Virus record (IMG/VR): IMGVR_UViG_2710264778_000001
Span: 165,130 to 229,129 of that record
Reading direction: 5' to 3' (one strand)
DNA length: 64,000 nucleotides
Source: a virus
Lineage: Duplodnaviria; Caudoviricetes
Part shown: in pieces, positions 44,008-53,112 of the stretch
Position numbering within the stretch: the first letter of the stretch is position 1
How the letters are laid out: the number at the start of each line of letters is the position of its first letter
Position numbers and translations under genes: made by a program
Notes under the pieces: model-generated
Database searches by the model: none
The model's input: only the letters and a program-made list of their open reading frames with translations
Told to the model about the DNA's origin: nothing

Positions 44008-44145
44008 CCATTAATTTTTTTTATTTATATCTTATTAATAATGCATTGGACATTCTCGATACCCACTTAATGCAATTTTAAACTTAATTATAATTTGTTT
44101 TTACTTTCTTAAAAGAACATAAAATTATTCTTTGACTGTCTTTTT

Positions 44146-44871
44146 TTATACCACCCATTTGAATTGTTGACCTTTCCATGATTCTAATTTATTATTGCAA
44201 ATATCTCTTATGTAATTATTTGTTACTATTATATTATGTTTGTTTCTTAAATCATCACTGCACAGATTAATGGATTTATATTCTTTGTCTTCATTTATCC
44301 ATAAAACTTTTCGTCCAGCTCTTCTTCGTGAACCTCTAACTAACTTTGGTAATGGTTCTAATCCAAGATGTTTCCAAACCACACCAAATGCAATTCGATT
44401 TACTTCTTCAGGAATTACTCCATATATTTCTGCTATTTCTTTATAAAGTAATTCACCTTCTTTACATAGATTATATATTTCAATTACTTGTTCTTCGGTT
44501 AATTTATTTGTAGGATTATCTGTTCCAATCATACAACCTAAAACTTCTGTTCTGTGTTTCATATTATAATTGTGAGTACACCATTCTAAATTTTCTGGAC
44601 AATTGTTTTTCTTATTTCCATCTTTATGATTTACTTCATCATCTTCATTTGGTGGTTTACCTAGGAAGGTATATGCTACTGCTCTGTGAACTGATCTAGC
44701 AAAGAACCCGTCCTCAAACTTAACACTACATTGTAGATAACCACAATGATTTTCTCTACAGTTTAGTAGTTTACCTTTCTTACCAATTATTCTTCCTTTG
44801 TTGCTTATTTCATATCCATTGTTTTTAACCCAAATTTCACTTTCGAGATCTTCTATGTATTCTTTCCTCAT
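44146..44871 (-). CDS. NUMOD4/HNH homing endonuclease
   Basis: YEISNKGR, VHRAVA.TF and VNHKDGNKKNN...NLEWCT...N motifs. Confidence 0.88.
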   Translation of the reverse strand: MRKEYIEDLESEIWVKNNGYEISNKGRIIGKKGKLLNCRENHCGYLQCSVKFEDGFFARSVHRAVAYTFLGKPPNEDDEVNHKDGNKKNNCPENLEWCTHNYNMKHRTEVLGCMIGTDNPTNKLTEEQVIEIYNLCKEGELLYKEIAEIYGVIPEEVNRIAFGVVWKHLGLEPLPKLVRGSRRRAGRKVLWINEDKEYKSINLCSDDLRNKHNIIVTNNYIRDICNNKLESWKGQQFKWVV

Positions 44872-45190
44872 TTAACCCTCCTTATCTTAATCCCAGTAAC
44901 TAATTTCTGTCTTTATTACTTCAATCAGATCATCTATTGTTTCAATCTTTTCATCATAATCAGCAAAAGCGAAGAACTCGTCTACTAATAATGGATTAGC
45001 TTGATTTTCATTTAACAGCTTTATTAGTTGAAGTAACCCTACTATCTTTGGTTGTTTTACATCTGCTTGTTCAAACTTTGGTATTTTTATTCTTTTCCAC
45101 TTCCTTTCAAACTTACTTATATTTTATCTTTATTACTTGTTTAGTTTAACATATCATTCCAATATTGTCAATTAATTATTTATAATTTGT

Positions 45191-45607
45191 TTACTTTAAA
45201 TTAATTATTACAATATCTTTGTCTAGCTTATTTTTTAGAAATAAACCTTCTAATTCACCAGCTTTGTTAACTAGCTCTTTATAAGTTTCTAGTATTTTTA
45301 AACCTTCTTCTATCGGTATTTCTTTGAATTTATCCTCACATCCATAATCACCTTCATACATAAATCCATCTTCAGTAACACCAAGTTCTATTGAAAACTT
45401 TTCTTCATTATTTGGATGTGATAAGTATATTAATATACCATTATATGTATCAAAATGATGTGTTGAGTTTAAATCAATTTTACAAGTTTTGTTGTATTTG
45501 ATTAATTCATCAAATGATATATTCATATCAAAGTTTTTAGAAACATTATACATTATTTTTTCACTTCCTTTCATATCTGGATTCGCATAAAATCCTCCAT
45601 TTATCAA
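45191..45607 (-). CDS. hypothetical protein
   Basis: Minus-strand ORF. Confidence 0.5.
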   Translation of the reverse strand: MINGGFYANPDMKGSEKIMYNVSKNFDMNISFDELIKYNKTCKIDLNSTHHFDTYNGILIYLSHPNNEEKFSIELGVTEDGFMYEGDYGCEDKFKEIPIEEGLKILETYKELVNKAGELEGLFLKNKLDKDIVIINLK

Positions 45608-45608
45608 C

Positions 45609-45929
45609 TTACCATTTTAATATAGGTTCTTCTGATTCATCACTACACCCAACCAAAGGTATAATTCTAAGCCAAGACCTACCATCACTTACTAGCCAAT
45701 TTCCAGTTTTCTCTGATTTTTTAATATCTTGTTCTTTAAAAGGTGATTGTCTAATCCAATCTTGAACCGCTTCTTCCTCTGTATTTCCTTTGCATATGTA
45801 ATATCTATAGATACTATATCTCATTTCTGAACCCTGTTCTCCATATCCGATATCATATATCAAATATTCATTTCTTCCATAATACAATTTCCTTTTTGGT
45901 GTTTTGTATTTATCTGATGGATAATTCAT
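45609..45929 (-). CDS. hypothetical protein
   Basis: ORF with AGGAGG RBS. Confidence 0.55.
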   Translation of the reverse strand: MNYPSDKYKTPKRKLYYGRNEYLIYDIGYGEQGSEMRYSIYRYYICKGNTEEEAVQDWIRQSPFKEQDIKKSEKTGNWLVSDGRSWLRIIPLVGCSDESEEPILKW

Positions 45930-45969
45930 ATCAATTTACCTCCTTTTATATTACATTTCTTGAACAGTT

Positions 45970-46074
45970 AATTTGCTCATATGGATAGCTGACTTTTTAT
46001 CAGCCTATCCTCAAGGAATCTTTGATGTATTTATGAAAACTATTGAGTAGGTTATCTACCCATATGAACAAACT
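45970..46074 (-). ncRNA. candidate structured RNA (multi-stem junction)
   Basis: A 13-bp closing stem (UUUGUUCAUAUGG/CCAUAUGAGCAAA) encloses three hairpins; lies downstream of the promoter at 46122-46150. Confidence 0.45.
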
Positions 46075-46428
46075 ATTTAATTTTATTAATATTATTTATA
46101 TTTTATCTTTACCACTTCTTAATCTTAACATTATTTAACTTTCGTGTCAATACTTAATTATATTTTATTTCTTTATGTATTTCTGTTAAGTTATTCCTTA
46201 GTTCTTGTTAATCATACCATTGTTTGGATATGCCTGTCAACTATTATTTTAAACTATTTTATATTTTGTTTAAATCAACATAAAACAGACTATTTATTGG
46301 GTTTTTAAATTCCCATTCAATGGTATCTCTGAATCAAGTCAGGCTTAACCACAGGCGTTAAATAAAAGCCTTCTCTACATATGTTTTATTGTCAATAAAC
46401 AAAATATAAATAATTATTTACTCAACTA

Positions 46429-47898
46429 TTATTGTTCTAATATACTCTTAACCATCCAGAATGGCGTATTTAGATTTATTCTATTATCACCATATCTATT
46501 TTTAATATTTTCACTTGCATTTAAGTCAGCATTATTAGTATGACCACAGTTAACACAACAGAACGTCTCTTGAGTTTTCCTGTTTTCTTTACTAATACTT
46601 CCACAAACTGGACATTGTTGACTTGTAAACGCTGGATTTATCTTAGCAGTATTGATTCCAAAATCATCACAATACTTTAATAAATCTGTTTTAATATTTT
46701 GTATTTTTAATCTCTTCAATAGATAATTAACTTGTTTGCTATGTGTTTTAGAATAACCTATTTCTAAGTTTTCCATAACAATTAAATCATTTTCTCTACC
46801 TTTTAAAAATTGTTTTATTCTGTATCTGTTATCAGTCTTAACAAAGGTAGATAACTTTGTTTGTGATCTTAAATATCTATTGTCTGATAGTTTATAGTTT
46901 TCATCTTGTAATTTGATTTTTAAATGTTCTTCTAACCTTTGTCTATTAGCTTGCTTTTTAACTATTCTATCTAACTTATTTAATATAGCTTCATTCTGCT
47001 CCACTATTTCACCGTCTGAACAAGTAATAAGTTTCTTTAATCCTATATCAATTCCTATAATGTCTTTTACCTCATTCTTATCCTGTTTATCTGTCTCAAT
47101 TTCATAGCATCCAATTATTTCTATTCTATTATATTTATTTAATCTTAGTGTAAATGTATTTGCTAATTTACTACCTTCTAAAACTTGTTTATGATAGTTA
47201 GAAAATTTAACTGGAATAATAAGCTTTTCAAATATAGCCTTATTTCTTCTACCACTCAAAACAGTATTACTATCTATAGTAAATATCCATTGAAACTCTT
47301 TTGTCTCAACCTTAGTGGTGTGAGCTGTATTACAATGAACTTGAAGTTCCTTTTTAACTGGTTGCTTGAACTTATCTTTAATCTCATAGAATCTATTTTC
47401 TATATCAGTTTTAAGTAATTCATATTCTTCTTTGTTATTTATAAGAACTTGAACTTTAGAAATAAAATCATAATATTTTGTATCTTTCTTCTTATATAAT
47501 TTAATTTGTTTAGATATATATTTTTCTAACCCCGTCCACTCAAATACGAACTTAGAGCAATAATTATATATAGCTTGTTGTTCCTTGTCATCAAATTTAA
47601 AGTGAATACTGTTTTTAATTCTTGAATGAATACTCATTAACTCCATATAGGTCAAGTGTAAAACTTGCATATAATGTTGAAATCTCATCTTAGGATTATC
47701 AAGCATTACTCTATTCTTATAAAAGTCCATCCATTTAGGATTATCTATAAGTAAATGATAATTGTCATTGCTCCAATAATGTTCTAGTAGATTATTTTCC
47801 ATTTCTCTACATTCATTTAAAAAGAACAGGATTCTATCTTTCTTAATGTCATTTACTGATTCATCTAAATAGAATTTAATACATCGTTTTTCTAACAT
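46429..47898 (-). CDS. tnpB: orphan TnpB/Cas12f-like RNA-guided nuclease
   Basis: RuvC-I GIDIG, RuvC-II VMENL, TSQQCPVC..CVNC Zn finger, RuvC-III NADLNAS.NI; no tnpA adjacent. Confidence 0.88.
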   Translation of the reverse strand: MLEKRCIKFYLDESVNDIKKDRILFFLNECREMENNLLEHYWSNDNYHLLIDNPKWMDFYKNRVMLDNPKMRFQHYMQVLHLTYMELMSIHSRIKNSIHFKFDDKEQQAIYNYCSKFVFEWTGLEKYISKQIKLYKKKDTKYYDFISKVQVLINNKEEYELLKTDIENRFYEIKDKFKQPVKKELQVHCNTAHTTKVETKEFQWIFTIDSNTVLSGRRNKAIFEKLIIPVKFSNYHKQVLEGSKLANTFTLRLNKYNRIEIIGCYEIETDKQDKNEVKDIIGIDIGLKKLITCSDGEIVEQNEAILNKLDRIVKKQANRQRLEEHLKIKLQDENYKLSDNRYLRSQTKLSTFVKTDNRYRIKQFLKGRENDLIVMENLEIGYSKTHSKQVNYLLKRLKIQNIKTDLLKYCDDFGINTAKINPAFTSQQCPVCGSISKENRKTQETFCCVNCGHTNNADLNASENIKNRYGDNRINLNTPFWMVKSILEQ

Positions 47899-47948
47899 TG
47901 TAATACACCTCCATTTCTTTTATATTTTATTTATTTACTACATTTACT

Positions 47949-47977
47949 ATTATATTCCTATATTTATACTCTGTCAA
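47949..47977 (-). promoter_or_regulatory. consensus sigma-A promoter of orphan tnpB
   Basis: TTGACA-N17-TATAAT. Confidence 0.8.
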
Positions 47978-48089
47978 TAGTTAGTTATGTATATTTTATT
48001 TATATTGTGCTGACTTGGTAACTTAGCTTGTATTTATATATTACTACTAATATTATCCAAAGTCAACACATATTTAATTATATTTTGTT

Positions 48090-48413
48090 TTATTTAGTGT
48101 TATTTGGCTTGCTAACTAGTCCAATAAAATGCATAATTATCATAAAAATATTTACTATAGGTACAAAACACATTACAAAACACATTAGTTCAACTAATAA
48201 TTTATTATTATCAAAAACATCAAGCATACTACTTGCTATATATCGTTTTGATTCATCTGGATTAATAACATTGACTATATCCATAACATCTTTCTTTGTT
48301 GGTGTTTTATCACGTTTTAATACTTTTCTTTGAATAAATAATTTAATTTTGTTTAATATGTATAAAGTTACAGCTATTTTAATTAATGTTATATGCATTG
48401 TTAATAAAAACAT
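48090..48413 (-). CDS. hypothetical membrane protein
   Basis: Hydrophobic N- and C-terminal segments. Confidence 0.55.
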   Translation of the reverse strand: MFLLTMHITLIKIAVTLYILNKIKLFIQRKVLKRDKTPTKKDVMDIVNVINPDESKRYIASSMLDVFDNNKLLVELMCFVMCFVPIVNIFMIIMHFIGLVSKPNNTK

Positions 48414-48414
48414 T

Positions 48415-48735
48415 TTAATTTTCCTCCATTACTTTAATTCTTCTTTTAAATTCATCATTGCCACAAATTTCATCATTGAAATACAAACCTTTTTCCCAAC
48501 CATTATTTAATCTGCTCATAAACTTATAAATCAAATAATGTCCCTTATCAATAATCTTAGAAATTTTAATTTCATCTTCACATTCAAATCCACTAATACT
48601 ATGTTTATAAATAAGAATATCTCCTACTTTAGCCAATGGCGTTTCTTTCCCTTTTGATTCACATTGCTTTGCCTTCTTTTCATGTCTATGTACTTTGTTA
48701 CATATCTCACATTGATAGCACTTAATTTCTCTCAT
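48415..48735 (-). CDS. hypothetical protein with N-terminal CxxC
   Basis: YQCEIC...A..CE motif. Confidence 0.55.
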   Translation of the reverse strand: MREIKCYQCEICNKVHRHEKKAKQCESKGKETPLAKVGDILIYKHSISGFECEDEIKISKIIDKGHYLIYKFMSRLNNGWEKGLYFNDEICGNDEFKRRIKVMEEN

Positions 48736-48809
48736 TCATATCATTCTCCTTTGAAATTATTTATAATTTATTTACATTCCAATAAAATACATTTTTTATG
48801 TACTCTTAT

Positions 48810-48856
48810 ATACAACATATAGTTTATACCAAACATCTAAACACTATATGTTGTAT
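48810..48856. promoter_or_regulatory. tandem NrdR-box-like 16-mers (alternatively a terminator hairpin)
   Basis: ATACAACATATAGTTT (48810) and ACACTATATGTTGTAT (48841), with starts 31 bp apart. Confidence 0.55.
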
Positions 48857-48868
48857 ATGTTTTTAGTC

Positions 48869-48997
48869 TTATTGTTGATTTTCTATAATAATACTAAGTT
48901 GTCCACATGCTGAACCAGATTCAACTTCTGCTTTTGTAGCAATTGCTACAGCATAATCATAACCTTCAGCTTCTAATTGGTTTTTGATTTCTTCCAT
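48869..48997 (-). CDS. 42-aa peptide equivalent to the RlmN/Cfr C-terminus (ACGQL); not in ORF track
   Basis: AGGAGG RBS and ATG; MEEIKNQLEAEGYDYAVAIATKAEVESGSACGQLSIIIENQQ*. Confidence 0.85.
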   Translation of the reverse strand: MEEIKNQLEAEGYDYAVAIATKAEVESGSACGQLSIIIENQQ

Positions 48998-49419
48998 AAT
49001 GATACCTCCTTTTCATTTTGATATTCTTTATGTATTAATGTGAAACCTAGTTGATTTAATATTTTAAAATAATCCCTATATGTTTCACTAAACCATATTT
49101 CATTTCTAGGAATTATAAATCTATACCAAAGTCTATCTAAAAAGAAATTAGATTTATAATATTCTTTTCTGCATTCAATTATTTTAATAGTTCCATCCAT
49201 TTTTAAATATGTATATAATTTATTTATTACAATATCTATATCTTTTATATGGTGTATTACATTTCTTAAATGAAATTTATCTACTGTGTTTTCTTTTAAT
49301 CCAATTATTTCATTATTACTAACATCATAATAATAATTTAAATATGGAGCTTTTGTTATATCACAAGTTTTATATCCTTCTTTTGGATTATAACCACTTC
49401 CAAAATCTATCTTAAGCAT
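48973..49419 (-). CDS. class I SAM-dependent methyltransferase
   Basis: IDFGSG motif I, CD, VIHH and LK.DG motifs. Confidence 0.75.
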   Translation of the reverse strand: MLKIDFGSGYNPKEGYKTCDITKAPYLNYYYDVSNNEIIGLKENTVDKFHLRNVIHHIKDIDIVINKLYTYLKMDGTIKIIECRKEYYKSNFFLDRLWYRFIIPRNEIWFSETYRDYFKILNQLGFTLIHKEYQNEKEVSLWKKSKTN

Positions 49420-50138
49420 GTATTACCTACTTTATCACAATAAGATTCCCACTTACAAAAATTACCCACTGGAGAAATTATAATATCTGTATCGTCATAT
49501 TTACTATAATGTGCAAACACTCCAAATTCATGACCATTCCATGTGTAACTTAAAAAATTATGTCCATCATCTTTTATAAATGTAGCAGGTAACTTTTTTT
49601 CAAAATCAAATTCTCCATATCTACCCATTAAATCTTCACATACTACAACATAAAAATCATCTTCAAGAATTACTTTTAGTATTTCAACTAATTTATCTCC
49701 TGTTGATTCCCAACACTTAGGTATATTAATTCTTGTGTTTGGTACATACTTTTTACAAATTAAAGCTTGTTCTCTTCTTTGTTTATATTGCTCTAATGAA
49801 GATATTGATATTGCAACTTCTGTTAATCCAGCTTCAGAATAACTTTTCATTCGTTCTTCATTTAGTAATATTCCATTAGTAACTAAACAAACATCATTTT
49901 CAACATTATCTCTTGTGAGTCTGATGAATTCAGGTAAATTATCAATTAATGTTGATTCTCCACCCATAATAGTTGCTCTTTTTAACTTTCCTACTTTAGC
50001 CATTGTTTCTTTTGCTTTCTCAATATCTAATCTTAATTTTCTTTTATCTGGCTGATAACAGAAATAACAATTAGGGCTCATATTACAATCTAAATTCGTA
50101 ATTATTCTATATCTAAAAATTCCATCTTTCACACTCAT
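49407..50138 (-). CDS. radical SAM protein (Cx5Cx2C variant)
   Basis: TNLDCNMSPNCYFCY, MGGE, VTNG and AISI motifs. Confidence 0.85.
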   Translation of the reverse strand: MSVKDGIFRYRIITNLDCNMSPNCYFCYQPDKRKLRLDIEKAKETMAKVGKLKRATIMGGESTLIDNLPEFIRLTRDNVENDVCLVTNGILLNEERMKSYSEAGLTEVAISISSLEQYKQRREQALICKKYVPNTRINIPKCWESTGDKLVEILKVILEDDFYVVVCEDLMGRYGEFDFEKKLPATFIKDDGHNFLSYTWNGHEFGVFAHYSKYDDTDIIISPVGNFCKWESYCDKVGNTCLR

Positions 50139-50150
50139 TTTTAATTACCT

Positions 50151-50939
50151 TTAAACTAGATTAATTCCAGTTATAATACCCTTTCCCATATGATTCTTCT
50201 CAGAAACTTCATTTACATTGATAGGTGATAACTTTACAAAGAAAAAATCTTTATTAAAGTATTCTTTAAGTTTACACATATCAAAGTCCGCTTCATCAAC
50301 TAAAGTTAAATTAATTGTTGTTTTAAGATTACTTTGAGTTCTGATTTGTCCTAATTCTCTAATGGTTAATTTATTTACAAATGGTATTAAATCATTTCTT
50401 CTATCATCGTCAAAAGAATGTAATGATATTTGCAATGTTATATTATCTTTTATAAAACTAAAATCTGAACCTTTAACCCCTATAGTAGATATGTAATGAT
50501 GTGTATTAGGATATTTTTCATTGATAATTGAAATAGCCTTTTTAACTTCTTCAATGTTTAAAAATGGTTCGCCCATTCTAGTATAATTGATCTTAAATTC
50601 TTGACTATTTAATGGACTATAATCTTTATTCTTAGAAATAATAAATTCTACTTGTTCTACTATTTCTTCGGCAGTTAAATTTCTATATCTTTTTAATTGA
50701 CCAGTTGCACAGAATTTACATCTTACAGGACATCCACTCATACATGAAACTCCTATCATCCATCTTTCTTTTCTACTACCTAATTCATTATTATCTAGTC
50801 CATTTTGCTTTCTACCTATTGCATCCTTTGTATAGTAAGGTAAAAATGTATCTGTCACTTCTAATGGATAACCATCTTCTGTTTTTAAGGCATATACATT
50901 ACCATTTGAAAAACTTTTATTTGCTAAAACTTTTAACAT
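50151..50939 (-). CDS. RlmN/Cfr-like radical SAM protein lacking its C-terminus
   Basis: VSCMSGCPVRCKFCATG, RNLTAEEIVEQV, MGEP, IST.G and ISLH....RR..LIP motifs; stops before ACGQL. Confidence 0.85.
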   Translation of the reverse strand: MLKVLANKSFSNGNVYALKTEDGYPLEVTDTFLPYYTKDAIGRKQNGLDNNELGSRKERWMIGVSCMSGCPVRCKFCATGQLKRYRNLTAEEIVEQVEFIISKNKDYSPLNSQEFKINYTRMGEPFLNIEEVKKAISIINEKYPNTHHYISTIGVKGSDFSFIKDNITLQISLHSFDDDRRNDLIPFVNKLTIRELGQIRTQSNLKTTINLTLVDEADFDMCKLKEYFNKDFFFVKLSPINVNEVSEKNHMGKGIITGINLV

Positions 50940-51003
50940 ATCAATTCATTTCCTCTCATTTTTATATTTTGTTCACATTCACTTAAAACTAATATTTTAA
51001 AAT

Positions 51004-51579
51004 CTAGTATTCTTTGATAATTTCATTCTCTGCTGTTTCACTCCATAATCTAACTGCATCTTTACCATTGTCAATCCACCAACAACCTTCATCAAATACT
51101 ACTATTCCAGTAAAGTCTGTATCGTCTCCAGTTACAGTTTCTAGTTGATGAACTTCCATTCCTTCAAAAATCATATTTCCATTGATATCATTTATTCCTG
51201 TATATTGACCTACGCTATTTTCTTGAACTTCTATAAAATCAGTATCAGCAACACTTATTCTTGAATTGATATAATATTTATCTACTAAATCCAAAGTATC
51301 TACATGTAAATCTCCATAATGCCAACAATCTAAATTATCTTTTACTCCAAACCAATATTGACTAGCTTCTCTATAATCAATATATTTCATACCATCATAG
51401 GTGTAGTCTCTTACCTTATGTTTATGTACACAAACATTACAAAGTTCAACTAATTCATCTTCAGCATGATTATTGTTCTTATCATTTATAAAAACTTTCT
51501 CACCTTCACCATAACTAAAATCCCTACCACAATCTTTACAAGTACCATATTTATCATCTACCCAATCATAATGTGCCAT
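51004..51579 (-). CDS. YopX-family protein
   Basis: W.YGDL and SVGQYTG..D.NG..IFEG motifs. Confidence 0.7.
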   Translation of the reverse strand: MAHYDWVDDKYGTCKDCGRDFSYGEGEKVFINDKNNNHAEDELVELCNVCVHKHKVRDYTYDGMKYIDYREASQYWFGVKDNLDCWHYGDLHVDTLDLVDKYYINSRISVADTDFIEVQENSVGQYTGINDINGNMIFEGMEVHQLETVTGDDTDFTGIVVFDEGCWWIDNGKDAVRLWSETAENEIIKEY

Positions 51580-51800
51580 AAGTTTACCTCCTATAATTTA
51601 TTTCGCCTTAAAAATCTCATTTTAGACAGATTTAAATTCTATTTTGGCTTTAATTAATAAACAAATCAACTCATCTATTTCAGTAAACTTTAAATAAAAA
51701 CCACAATCAGCTTGTTCACAATTTAAAAATACATCTATATTGTCAATTTTCTTAACACTAAAATTATCTGTTCCAATTCTATTGATTATATTATCCATTC

Positions 51801-51986
51801 TTAATTTTCCTCACTTTCATTTGCTTGAATTCCATATTCATAAGCTTCGCAATCTTCTTTTTCATCGCATGTATCACAATTATAACTTTCTAAATTTCCA
51901 GACTCAATACACTCTACACATATATCACAGTCATTTTCACTGCAATATAATAATTTATTATCTTCTCCGCAACAATTACAACTCAT
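51801..51986 (-). CDS. Cys-rich hypothetical protein
   Basis: Nine Cys in 61 aa; RBS present. Confidence 0.5.
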   Translation of the reverse strand: MSCNCCGEDNKLLYCSENDCDICVECIESGNLESYNCDTCDEKEDCEAYEYGIQANESEEN

Positions 51987-52048
51987 TTTAACTCACTCTC
52001 CATTTATTTATTCTTTATTTATGTATAATTTATTCATATTATATGTAT

Positions 52049-52600
52049 TTAACCTTTAAATTCTTGTAATCTAGCATACTCACCAAAGTATTTCAATTCT
52101 GCCTCATTTCTTACTCGCAGTGCTTCTTCTATGTCGTCATAATACCCTAGGTTGATTGTTTTCTTATTATATTTAATTGTTACTGACCACTTGTTTACAT
52201 TTTTGAAGTAATACCAAAAGATACCTTTATAACCACTCTTATTACTTTTCTTCATACCTAAATTTTTATTATTATCAGCTTGAGTACAAATTCTTAAATT
52301 AATTTTTCTATTATTTAATTCATTGCCATCAATATGATCAACTGTTAATCCTTTTGGTGCATTCATTATGTATCTATATAATAATGTAGAATCTAATTCA
52401 TCATTCTTAGGTGTCACTACATTAAATGTGTTTTCGGGTCGCTTTCTTTTGCTTACATTCCAATGATATTTTTATACCTTCTCTTTATCTTCTGAATCTA
52501 TGTATACTTCTTTTAGTCCATGCGTTGGACTATTAATTAATAATATGGTTGTCCCGTCCTCCAAATCTTTATATTCATTTGTTACTGTATATACTCCCAC
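52049..52600 (-). pseudogene. HNH-AP2 homing endonuclease with an in-frame stop
   Basis: Frame opens at GTG 52600, has TAA at 52474-52472, then continues in frame to VDHIDGNELNNR..NLR (HNH) and an AP2-like SGYKG...LG...R..AE..YFG. Confidence 0.7.
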
Positions 52601-52647
52601 TTATAAAAACTCAACTCCTTTAATATATATTTTATTTAATCAACTTC

Positions 52648-53112
52648 TTAGTCTTCTTTTATATACCATTTACCTTCGTTAATAATTTTACTAGTATGCT
52701 TTTCTGTTTTCCCTAACATCTCAAAAATACATTTTATAGAACTCCAACAATTATTCCAATAACTATTTAATACACATGTACAATTTTCAATATCTCTATA
52801 TTTCTCATTTAATTCAGTAACATCAACTTTAATCATTTTTCCTTCTAATCCAGCATTTATTGCCTCCATAAAACTTACAGGTTTTTGTAATGGAATAAAT
52901 TTAGCATTGATAAGTGTTTTTGATGCTCTTTCTATATCAGCATATTCTTTAAACTTAATTCCACTTTGCAAATTAACAGCTATTAATTTTGTATTATCTC
53001 TTATTCTACAAGCATCATCATGTTTATAATAGCAATCTATTTTTACTTTAAATTCCGTTCCATAAGGCATATTACTTGCTTCAATTATATTTAATTCTTC
53101 CATACTTATCAC
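52648..53112 (-). CDS. hypothetical protein
   Basis: Coupled ORF. Confidence 0.55.
   Translation of the reverse strand: MISMEELNIIEASNMPYGTEFKVKIDCYYKHDDACRIRDNTKLIAVNLQSGIKFKEYADIERASKTLINAKFIPLQKPVSFMEAINAGLEGKMIKVDVTELNEKYRDIENCTCVLNSYWNNCWSSIKCIFEMLGKTEKHTSKIINEGKWYIKED

Noticed and set aside
46300-46430. CRISPR repeat (ATTGAAT ending) downstream of the orphan TnpB
   Set aside because: Only one occurrence; no repeat-spacer array is visible.
46335-48017. CAAGTCAG/CTGACTTG inverted repeat flanking the orphan tnpB
   Set aside because: Only 8 bp, and IS605-type elements lack terminal inverted repeats; could be chance.
50151-50939. Calling the RlmN-like gene the cfr resistance gene
   Set aside because: Too divergent, split, and the resolving Cys is displaced; no basis for a resistance call.
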